Virus record (IMG/VR): IMGVR_UViG_3300034418_007369
Coordinates: 1-64,000 of that record
Reading direction: 5' to 3' (one strand)
DNA: 64,000 nucleotides
From: a virus
Notes under the pieces: generated by a model
What the model was told of the DNA's origin: nothing
Seen by the model: the letters and a program-made list of their open reading frames with translations, nothing else
Databases searched by the model: none
In this document: piece by piece, positions 8,474-16,048 of the stretch
Position numbering within the stretch: the first letter of the stretch is position 1
Layout: each line of letters begins with the position of its first letter
Position numbers and translations under genes: made by a program

Positions 8474-8728
8474 ATGGCTAGATCAAGAGACAGTAGAGCA
8501 AGGCATGAAACCGGAAAGACGATTACTTCTAAATCACAGTTCGGAAGTCACGCTGAAATGGTTGTAGATCATACTCAATATGGATTAACTTTAGAAGATG
8601 GGCAGGTTTTATTACAAGATGGTGGTCATTTTTATGTGACTAAATCTAATCGCCTAGATGATGGAACTGCCGACCCAGCGAGATATAGTGGTAAAAAACT
8701 ATACCTAGAGTCTGGCGGTGACTTATGA
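8474..8728 (+). CDS. Hypothetical protein
   Basis: GGAGG RBS. Confidence 0.7.
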   Translation: MARSRDSRARHETGKTITSKSQFGSHAEMVVDHTQYGLTLEDGQVLLQDGGHFYVTKSNRLDDGTADPARYSGKKLYLESGGDL

Positions 8729-9090
8729 AATTCGTATACATACTAGAAATGATGATTCAAACTATTGATGGGGTTTTGAACGAGCCTATTGGTGTTTTCA
8801 CGGACGAAAAGGATGCAGACAAATGGCTAAAAGAATGTAAAGAATGTTTTAGCAATAAAACAACTGCGTTCAGTATTCTTCCAATAGAAATGGACATAAA
8901 GCCACCCCTGCTAGAAATGACTTCAGAAATTTCTGAAAAAAATATTGGACATCAGCTTGCAGAACTCTATAATCAAGATATATTTGAGCAGATGATCGAG
9001 CCTGACGGTAGTTTTTCTTATCAAATAAAAGATAAATACAAGTCCTCTATGGAAAAAGCTATGAGCAGGAAGTTTAAAAGAGGTAAATAA
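8725..9090 (+). CDS. Hypothetical protein
   Basis: ATGA overlap with the upstream gene. Confidence 0.65.
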   Translation: MKFVYILEMMIQTIDGVLNEPIGVFTDEKDADKWLKECKECFSNKTTAFSILPIEMDIKPPLLEMTSEISEKNIGHQLAELYNQDIFEQMIEPDGSFSYQIKDKYKSSMEKAMSRKFKRGK

Positions 9091-9321
9091 GCATGTATAA
9101 AGGTCTTATGGATGTTGTAGAGGACGGCGGGGCAGTACCGCCCACCTCCACTTACGGGGGTGAAATAGATTCGACTCACAATATGAAGTAACGTATCTCA
9201 TGCCGTAGTTGATAGAAGGGCTACGTTAAAAATCTATCAACATTTTAATTGCAGATGAAAGTCTCGCATTGGCAGCGTAAGCTGTCTGGGGTTTGCCAGT
9301 ACCTTATAGCCCAAACTGGCT
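9088..9321 (+). ncRNA. ssrA: Circularly permuted (two-piece) tmRNA, tag ADESLALAA
   Basis: Acceptor piece GGAC-GGCGG-GGCAGTA-CCGCC-CACCTCCA ends at 9150, ahead of the 5' piece GGGGGTGAAATAGATTCGAC starting at 9156. G3-U70 pair present. pk1 CGTAG/CTACG plus TTGATAGA/TCTATCAA. Resume context TTAATT-GCA; tag ORF 9251-9280. Outer boundaries are approximate. Confidence 0.9.
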
Positions 9322-9324
9322 TTC

Positions 9325-9397
9325 GGCCTCATCGTCTAATCGGTTAGGACACCGCCCTTTCACGGCGGCAATCGGGATTCGAGTTCCCGTGAGGTCA
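9325..9397 (+). tRNA. tRNA-Glu(TTC)
   Basis: Acceptor stem GGCCTCA/TGAGGTC, anticodon arm CCGCC-CTTTCAC-GGCGG, T-arm CGGGA-TTCGAGT-TCCCG; no encoded CCA. Confidence 0.93.
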
Positions 9398-9416
9398 TAC
9401 TAATAAGGAGGAAAAA

Positions 9417-9662
9417 ATGTTAGTTCAGTGTAAAATGCAAAATTGGCAGTTGAAACTTAAACAAAGAGACTGTAGAATATCCATCATAAAGGACGATGTA
9501 GAAGTAAAGTCTATTAAAACTAAGCTATTTAAAGAGCGCGGAATGTTGATGTTTCCTAATGAACTATACAAACTTATTTGTAAAGACTTGACGGCGGCCA
9601 ATATCTATGATAAATTCTTAGATAGGTATTACACTTGGGACGAAAACGATGAGGGATGTTAG
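9417..9662 (+). CDS. Hypothetical protein
   Basis: AAGGAGG RBS. Confidence 0.7.
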   Translation: MLVQCKMQNWQLKLKQRDCRISIIKDDVEVKSIKTKLFKERGMLMFPNELYKLICKDLTAANIYDKFLDRYYTWDENDEGC

Positions 9663-9944
9663 ATGAAATTACCAATATTATACAATTATGCCACATCTGC
9701 TGAAAGAAGAGAGGCTAGAAATCAATATATCGAGGATCAAGATGGACTTTGTTATTGGTGTAATTGCCCACTCGACGAAGATCCGCCAGATAAAATAACT
9801 TCCCAAGAAATAAATTTGGATATTTTTCCAGACGGTTTCCTGAATTTTCCAATACATTTGCAGCACGATCACGATTCAGGATTAACAGAAGGTGCTGTTC
9901 ATGCCTATTGCAATGCCGTTATGTGGCAATATCATGGAAGATAA
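9663..9944 (+). CDS. Endonuclease VII/HNH-like zinc-finger protein
   Basis: CYWC..HLQHDH.SG...GAVHAYCN. Confidence 0.7.
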   Translation: MKLPILYNYATSAERREARNQYIEDQDGLCYWCNCPLDEDPPDKITSQEINLDIFPDGFLNFPIHLQHDHDSGLTEGAVHAYCNAVMWQYHGR

Positions 9945-9957
9945 ATAAAAAAAATAG

Positions 9958-9986
9958 TTGCAATATTTTTGACTCTATGCTATAAT
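9958..9986 (+). promoter_or_regulatory. sigma70-like promoter TTGCAA-N17-TATAAT for hsp20
   Basis: Hexamers, TG extended -10 and an upstream A-tract. Confidence 0.7.
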
Positions 9987-9990
9987 ATAT

Positions 9991-10465
9991 GGGTACACCG
10001 TGTAGCAACAGTCATGCCTAATAGGGTGGCAAAAAGGAGAACGCTATGACAAATGCTTTAATTACTGATTTTCTTAATCGCAGCATTGGCTGGGATAACT
10101 TATTTGAGGACTTGACCCGCAAGCCTGTGGGTAATTTCCCTCCGTATAATATCGTTAGAGAAGAAGGGGGCGCAGAAATTCAAATCGCGCTTGCTGGTTA
10201 TTCTAAGGACGATGTTTCTGTTACTTTTCAAGACGGTGTTGTAACCGTTTCGTCTGATGGTGTAGATGAACAAGATAAGCAATATGCCTTCAAGGGTATC
10301 GCCAAAAGAAAGTTCATCAGCAAATTTTCTTTAGGAAAGTATCATGAGGTGCAGGATGTATCCATGAAGGATGGTATGCTTTACGTCTTTGTGGCGGAAG
10401 TCGTACCCGAAGAGAAAAGATTGAAAACATTTACCATTAACTAATTAACTTTACACGGTGTACCC
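9991..10465. repeat. Perfect 14-bp inverted repeat flanking hsp20 (9991-10004 and 10452-10465)
   Basis: GGGTACACCGTGTA ... TACACGGTGTACCC, followed by TTTTT. Confidence 0.9.
10046..10444 (+). CDS. hsp20: Small heat-shock protein Hsp20 (IbpA-like)
   Basis: SIGWD, FPPYNIV, IALAGY, KGIAKRKF and DGML motifs. Confidence 0.92.
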   Translation: MTNALITDFLNRSIGWDNLFEDLTRKPVGNFPPYNIVREEGGAEIQIALAGYSKDDVSVTFQDGVVTVSSDGVDEQDKQYAFKGIAKRKFISKFSLGKYHEVQDVSMKDGMLYVFVAEVVPEEKRLKTFTIN

Positions 10466-10470
10466 TTTTT

Positions 10471-10929
10471 ATGAATAAAGATTGGGATTTTAAGTTCCTA
10501 CAAATGGCTTCAGATATGAGTAAGTGGTCAAAAGATCCGTCTACTCAGGTCGGCGCGCTGATTGTTAATGATAAGAAGAAAATCGTTTCTTTGGGCTATA
10601 ACGGATTTCCCAGAGGTATCAAAGATGACCACAGGCTAGATGATAGAGAAACAAAATACAAACTAATTGTCCACGCCGAGGCAAACGCCATCCTTCATGC
10701 AAAGGAAAATCTTGAGGGATGCACCATTTATACCATGCCGTTTATGCCATGTAGTAGATGTGCCGGTTTAATTATTCAGTCTGGAATCAAAAGAGTTGTG
10801 AGTGTTGACTGCCCAAACCCAAGGTGGATAGAAAATTTTAATTTATCTCACGACATATTGACAGAGGCTAGATTAGATATTATGTTATACCCAGAAGAAG
10901 AATTTAAACACTGGTCTTGTCCGTTTTAG
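10471..10929 (+). CDS. dCMP deaminase
   Basis: SKDPSTQVGA, GYNGFPRG, HAE.NAI and PCSRC. Confidence 0.93.
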   Translation: MNKDWDFKFLQMASDMSKWSKDPSTQVGALIVNDKKKIVSLGYNGFPRGIKDDHRLDDRETKYKLIVHAEANAILHAKENLEGCTIYTMPFMPCSRCAGLIIQSGIKRVVSVDCPNPRWIENFNLSHDILTEARLDIMLYPEEEFKHWSCPF

Positions 10930-10948
10930 TTCGTCTGTTGCCATATAA

Positions 10949-10956
10949 TGTGTATA
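10949..10956 (+). promoter_or_regulatory. Class B motif TGTGTATA ahead of the DUF1501 operon
   Basis: Intergenic, 28 nt before ATG 10984. Confidence 0.55.
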
Positions 10957-10983
10957 TTGTATAGTCCTAAATGGAGTATACAA

Positions 10984-11265
10984 ATGAAACAAAAAGAATT
11001 TAACAAGCTATTTTATACATACAGCAAGAATCAGCTCGAAGAAGATAAGGCTTGGGATACATATTTGAAATTTTATAATATTTGTAAAAATGGAGACAAG
11101 GACACAATAGACTATCTGGAAAAGATAGGGTCTATGAATAAAAAACAGATGTTAGAATGGAGAACTAGGCTGGCGGAAATGGGTATGGAACTCACGCCAG
11201 ACCAAGTGGAAGATTATATTTTCGTGCTTTCTTTAGCAATTTTGAGAAATTGGGGTAGCCTATAA
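10984..11265 (+). CDS. Hypothetical protein
   Basis: GGAG RBS before ATG 10984. Confidence 0.65.
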   Translation: MKQKEFNKLFYTYSKNQLEEDKAWDTYLKFYNICKNGDKDTIDYLEKIGSMNKKQMLEWRTRLAEMGMELTPDQVEDYIFVLSLAILRNWGSL

Positions 11266-12539
11266 TGTTTAATCACGTTCATATTGGTCGCAGGGCTTTC
11301 CTGCAAACAAGTTTATTCGCCGCTGCTGGCACTCAGTTCGCTTTTGGCGAGCAAAAACACTACGAAAGTATTGAAGGTACAGCAAAAAGCGTTATTTTTA
11401 TATACCTCCCCGGAGGTATCTCTGCTCAAGAGTCTTTTGATCCCAAGACGGTGGCCCCTCTTGAATACAGAGGATCTATGCAGGCTATCAATACCAATGT
11501 CGCTGGAATCCAAATCAACGAGAGGCTTCCTAAAACGGCTCAGGTTATGGATAAATTAACAATTATTCGCAGCATGACCCACGGCGAAGCGGCGCATGAA
11601 AGAGGCACAAACAGCGTTTTTACAGGATATAAACCGAGTCCAGCCCTTCAATATCCATCAATGGGATCTGTTGTATCCCATGAGTTTGGGGATCGTAACA
11701 ATATTCCTAGTTATATCTGCTTGCCAGAAAGACCGAACGAGTTTGCCGGTACGGGCTATTTAAGTAATGCGTATGCTCCATTTGCTCTAGGTTCCGATCC
11801 CGCTTCTGACAATTTTAGAGTTAGAGATTTATCTATCAATATTACAGATGAGCATTTTTCCAGAAGAAGAAATCTTTTAGATATTGTAAATAAAAATCTA
11901 AATGATAGAACTAATGCTGACACTGTTGCTGCTATGAATAAGTTTTACGAGAAGGCTTATGATTTAGTTGGCAGTCAGCACGCTAGGGACGCTTTTGATC
12001 TTGAAAAAGAAGATGCAAAAGTGCGTGATCGCTATGGTAGAAATACCGCTGGCGCAAGAATGTTAATGTCAAGAAGATTAGTTGAAGCCGGAGCTAGGTT
12101 TGTGACGATGACTTATGGTGGATGGGATATGCACCAAGACATATTTGGTGGAATAAACAATCAAATACCACCATTCGACCAAGCGTTTTCCGTTCTTATC
12201 CAAGACCTTACAGAAAGAGGATTATTAGATTCGACACTTGTTTGCGTTATTTCAGAATTTGGAAGAACGCCAAAGATCAATAAAGACGCAGGACGCGACC
12301 ACTGGCCTAAAGTATTTAGCTCGGTTCTTGCTGGTGGTGGTATCAAGGGTGGAATGACTTACGGAACAACAGATGCTACTGGTACAGAGCCAGAAGATAG
12401 CCCCGTAACAATTCCCCATTGGGCAACTACAATTTATCACCAAATGGGAATCAATGCAGATAAAGAACTCATGGCTCCCGGCGACAGACCTATTGAAATC
12501 GTAGACTTTGGTGAGGTTATTCAGGATATTATTGCATGA
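11265..12539 (+). CDS. DUF1501 family protein with Tat-type signal
   Basis: GRRAFL, AKSVIFIYLPGG.S..ESFDPK, GWDMH, SEFGRTPKIN..AGRDHWP. Confidence 0.9.
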   Translation: MFNHVHIGRRAFLQTSLFAAAGTQFAFGEQKHYESIEGTAKSVIFIYLPGGISAQESFDPKTVAPLEYRGSMQAINTNVAGIQINERLPKTAQVMDKLTIIRSMTHGEAAHERGTNSVFTGYKPSPALQYPSMGSVVSHEFGDRNNIPSYICLPERPNEFAGTGYLSNAYAPFALGSDPASDNFRVRDLSINITDEHFSRRRNLLDIVNKNLNDRTNADTVAAMNKFYEKAYDLVGSQHARDAFDLEKEDAKVRDRYGRNTAGARMLMSRRLVEAGARFVTMTYGGWDMHQDIFGGINNQIPPFDQAFSVLIQDLTERGLLDSTLVCVISEFGRTPKINKDAGRDHWPKVFSSVLAGGGIKGGMTYGTTDATGTEPEDSPVTIPHWATTIYHQMGINADKELMAPGDRPIEIVDFGEVIQDIIA

Positions 12540-13768
12540 TAAACAGAAGGCATTTTATAGAACACGTTGGAGGGTTGGCCTCATTTTCAGCCGCCTCATC
12601 ATTATTTGGTCAAAACATTCTTGACAATCAGGACGATCTAATTAAGAATGAAAAGGCCGCTATTCTTATATGGCTTGGTGGTGGCCCTCCGACTATTGAT
12701 ATGTGGGACTTGAAAACAGGCGCTACTGGCGGCGAATCAAGACCTATTAGCACGAAAGGCGACTTTCAAATAAACGAACTCATGCCATCGCTGGCTAATC
12801 TTGGACAAGACTTCTCCTTGGTTAGAACGATGATGACAAGAGAGGCAGACCACATGCGCGGATCATACTATATGCACACAGGATTTAAACCAAATCCAAA
12901 TATGGTGCATCCGTCTATTGGTTCTGTTGTTTCCTATGAGCTTTCTCAAGGACGAGATTACCTAGAAATACCGCCATTCTTTTCTGTTAATACGGGAAGT
13001 CTAGGTGGTGGATTCCTTGGAGCGTCTTGGAATCCCTTTGTTGTAAGTTCTAATGGTCAGGTCAGAAACCTTGGAGATAAGGTAGATAACCAAAGACTCA
13101 TGGCACTTGCGGCCATTGAAACCGGATTCACAAAAAGAACAAACAGTGATATGGCAAAATATCATCAACAAATGATTGAAAAAACAATTTTGACCAATAC
13201 CTCGCCCCAGATGAAGGCGTTAAAACCTACTGACGAACCTCAAAATGTCATTGACGCTTATGGCGATACGGCATTTGGAAGGAGCGCGCTGATGGCAAGA
13301 AGATTGATTCAGCGTGGAGTTCCTTTTGTAGAGGTCGGCTTTGGGGGTTGGGACTTGCATCAAAACACTCACGAAACCCTATCAACAAAACTTCCAGAAG
13401 TAGACAAGGTTGTTTCTAGTCTGATATTGGACTTAAAACGTCTTGACATGTGGGATAATGTTGCTATAGTTATGATGGGTGAGTTTGGTAGAACGCCAAG
13501 GATCAACCAGAACGCTGGACGAGATCATTGGGCAAAGATTTGGTCGGCATTTGTTTCAGGTGGACTGCTTAAAGGAGGTCAAGTTGTTGGTTCCTCGTCG
13601 TCAGACGGAACAGAAATAGAAAGCGGAGAGCCATATTCAGCAGAAGATATAATGATGACAGTGTGCCATTCATTAGGTATCGACACAGAAAAAAGCTATA
13701 CTGCTAAAAATGGTCGCCCAATGAGAATAGCTAACAATGGTAAAATTATTAAGGATTTAGTATTATGA
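12536..13768 (+). CDS. DUF1501 family protein with Tat-type signal (second paralog)
   Basis: NRRHF, IWLGGGP..IDMWDLK, GWDLH, GEFGRTPRIN..AGRDHW. Confidence 0.9.
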   Translation: MINRRHFIEHVGGLASFSAASSLFGQNILDNQDDLIKNEKAAILIWLGGGPPTIDMWDLKTGATGGESRPISTKGDFQINELMPSLANLGQDFSLVRTMMTREADHMRGSYYMHTGFKPNPNMVHPSIGSVVSYELSQGRDYLEIPPFFSVNTGSLGGGFLGASWNPFVVSSNGQVRNLGDKVDNQRLMALAAIETGFTKRTNSDMAKYHQQMIEKTILTNTSPQMKALKPTDEPQNVIDAYGDTAFGRSALMARRLIQRGVPFVEVGFGGWDLHQNTHETLSTKLPEVDKVVSSLILDLKRLDMWDNVAIVMMGEFGRTPRINQNAGRDHWAKIWSAFVSGGLLKGGQVVGSSSSDGTEIESGEPYSAEDIMMTVCHSLGIDTEKSYTAKNGRPMRIANNGKIIKDLVL

Positions 13769-14130
13769 GAAATTTAATCTTGACAGTTTTGTTTTTAACA
13801 TCTACAATCGCGTTGGCAGACGATAAGAAACCACAAAGACCACAAAGGCCGCAGGTAGAACACGGTGAGCGCGCGCATCACCCGCCACCACATGTTCGCG
13901 GCTCAGAGCATCATGGCGCTAAACAGTATCACAGACCGCTATATCATCAATACTACAGCAGAAATCCCGTTGGATACAGACCGCATATTCAATGGCTACC
14001 AAATGGATTCAGCTTAAATATTGGACGAACTGCGGTAAGTCCAGATCGTCGTCATGTAAGATTTGGTATTAGCGCCGGATTTTATGGTCGCGCCCCGTTT
14101 ACTCCCTACTATCATAGACATCATAGATAA
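13765..14130 (+). CDS. Secreted His/Arg/Pro-rich protein with a secretin-like motif
   Basis: Signal peptide ending ALA; GYRP.I.WLP.G.SL...AVSPDRRHVR. Confidence 0.6.
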   Translation: MRNLILTVLFLTSTIALADDKKPQRPQRPQVEHGERAHHPPPHVRGSEHHGAKQYHRPLYHQYYSRNPVGYRPHIQWLPNGFSLNIGRTAVSPDRRHVRFGISAGFYGRAPFTPYYHRHHR

Positions 14131-14801
14131 TGAATATTATATCAAAGATAAACAAATCTTTAGCAGAAAGAATAGATAAGGCTGTTTATACGGACAATCC
14201 ACAAACTTGGAAAGTTTCTAAGTCTATAACGATTGACTGGAAAAACATTTTACCAGAGCCTCCGAAAAATAATTCTCAAGAAACTAAAAAAGAATTAGGC
14301 TATCTGGCGGAAATCACCGATAATCTTAGTATATCTGATAAAAATTTGGTATCTTTGGTTGACAACGAGCCGCTTGACTTGTATAATGATATACTCAGGC
14401 GGCACGGTTTAAAGATGCCAAGAGATGAATTTAAAAAGGTTTGGGACATATCCTTGCCAATTATTATGAATCTCAAGCATCAGTTTAATAGGCCAAGACC
14501 AGAGCAACTGGCCAAGTTCTACGGTTTGACGATAAATGTTATAGAGACAAAGACTCATCAAACCCCAGCTTATCCATCTGGTCATACGGCTTATGCCGCG
14601 ATGGGCGCATATCTTTTGTCGGATATGTACCCAGAACATTCTGGAGAATTTTTCTCAAAGGTTGGCGATGCTGGTCATGCTCGCTGCCTACAGGGCGTTC
14701 ACTACCCGTCAGATAATGAAGCGTCAATGGTTATCACTGGCGCTATCTGGCAAGATATTAGATATAAAATGTTTCCAGAGCTGAAACCATATAAAATTTA
14801 A
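14130..14801 (+). CDS. PAP2-superfamily phosphatase
   Basis: KxxxxRPRP, YPSGH and R...GVHYPSD catalytic motifs. Confidence 0.88.
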   Translation: MNIISKINKSLAERIDKAVYTDNPQTWKVSKSITIDWKNILPEPPKNNSQETKKELGYLAEITDNLSISDKNLVSLVDNEPLDLYNDILRRHGLKMPRDEFKKVWDISLPIIMNLKHQFNRPRPEQLAKFYGLTINVIETKTHQTPAYPSGHTAYAAMGAYLLSDMYPEHSGEFFSKVGDAGHARCLQGVHYPSDNEASMVITGAIWQDIRYKMFPELKPYKI

Positions 14802-14823
14802 TATCAAAATTAGAGTTTTTGTG

Positions 14824-14852
14824 TTGACGTTTGTACGAACTCAAGCTAATAT
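14824..14852 (+). promoter_or_regulatory. Class A-like promoter variant for ssb
   Basis: TTGACG-N6-CGA-N8-TAATAT. Confidence 0.5.
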
Positions 14853-14902
14853 ATTGAGTAAGTTTTAAGTTTCGTGTTTCTAAATTTTTTGAGGAGTGTT
14901 CA

Positions 14903-15229
14903 ATGCTGAACAATCATGTTACGTTTAAGGGTAATTTGACCAAAGATCCAGAATACAAAGTCGTTTCCGACAAAGAGCTGGTTACTTTTCGGATCGCTGT
15001 TAATGAAACATTTGGTGAGGGTAGAGAGGAAACTATCTATTTTGACGTAGATGGCTGGAACAGTCATTCAAAGTATGCCCAAAGCGTATTGCTCTCCAAA
15101 GGTGATCGCGTTATTGTTGATGGTCGAATCCGTCAACGTGAATGGACTGACAAAAACGGTTCAACTAGAACTGCATACACTGTCATTCCGTCTACGTTTT
15201 CTAAGGTTGTTAAACCAACTAGTATGTAG
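14903..15229 (+). CDS. ssb: Single-stranded DNA-binding protein without an acidic tail
   Basis: N.V...GNLTKDPE, F.IAVN, KGD.V.VDGRI..REW. Confidence 0.9.
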   Translation: MLNNHVTFKGNLTKDPEYKVVSDKELVTFRIAVNETFGEGREETIYFDVDGWNSHSKYAQSVLLSKGDRVIVDGRIRQREWTDKNGSTRTAYTVIPSTFSKVVKPTSM

Positions 15230-15253
15230 TTAAATAATTACGAAATAAGGTTA

Positions 15254-15277
15254 GCCCCGCCTTCGGGCGGGGTTTTT
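15254..15277 (+). terminator. Rho-independent terminator with UUCG loop
   Basis: GCCCCGCC-TTCG-GGCGGGGT-TTTT. Confidence 0.9.
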
Positions 15278-15280
15278 GTT

Positions 15281-15463
15281 ATGAAAAAAGAAAAGATTTT
15301 ATTAAGATTAGAACAGCTAGAAGATCAGGTATTTCTGATCTCAGAAAGACTTTACAATCCGTCTATAGAGACTTCTGAATTTAAGAAGTTAACAAAGAGA
15401 AAAAACAAACTAAAAAAAGATATTGAAAAGCTAAAAAAGAAGGCTGTATATGGGAATGAGTAA
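15281..15463 (+). CDS. Small basic coiled-coil protein
   Basis: ORF track. Confidence 0.55.
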   Translation: MKKEKILLRLEQLEDQVFLISERLYNPSIETSEFKKLTKRKNKLKKDIEKLKKKAVYGNE

Positions 15464-15644
15464 AAGTAGACGCAAGTCAAAAAAAGAAAAAGACAGAAAA
15501 GAAAAGAACAAAAAAAAGGTTCTAAAAATTAGAAACCAGCTAAGAAAAGACGCCAAGGATGATAAGGAGACTTTTCTCATGAAGAAAGAGATTGAAAAGA
15601 TTCAATTTCAAGGTATAACGATAAGAGGAAAAGCAAGTGAATAA
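15456..15644 (+). CDS. Small Lys-rich protein
   Basis: ORF track. Confidence 0.55.
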   Translation: MSKSRRKSKKEKDRKEKNKKKVLKIRNQLRKDAKDDKETFLMKKEIEKIQFQGITIRGKASE

Positions 15645-16011
15645 TACAGGTACTTGGAATGGTGATTTGGTCTTAATGTTTAGCGTGTTTTTCTTTTTTC
15701 CAATGATCGCTTATTTTGTTTTTGGTATTTTCTTAAAAATTGGAGAGCTGAATGAAAAACACTATGTTATAAACGTATACCAAGAACAGGAATACGAATC
15801 AAAAAAGGTTTCGCCAGCATTAAACCAAGCAAGAAAACCAGTAGAAACAAATCCCATAATAGAGCAGGTCGCATCCGAGTCGATTGCTGGGTTGGTTGGC
15901 ATGGGCTACAAAAAGTCAGAGGCGAGAAGAATGGTCGCCAAGGCTGCAATCAATAAAGAATACAAAAAAGCCGAAGATATGATATTAGATATTATCTCAA
16001 ACTGTGTATAA
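15637..16011 (+). CDS. Membrane-anchored protein with RuvA C-terminal-like domain
   Basis: N-terminal TM. ESIAGLVGMGYKKSEARRMV resembles RuvA domain III ([20 protein letters not shown]). Confidence 0.65.
   Translation: MNNTGTWNGDLVLMFSVFFFFPMIAYFVFGIFLKIGELNEKHYVINVYQEQEYESKKVSPALNQARKPVETNPIIEQVASESIAGLVGMGYKKSEARRMVAKAAINKEYKKAEDMILDIISNCV
16003..16010 (+). promoter_or_regulatory. Class B motif TGTGTATA(AT)
   Basis: About 40 nt before ORF 16049. Confidence 0.55.
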
Positions 16012-16048
16012 TAAAATATAATTTTGTTCCCTAGTATGAGTATAAACA

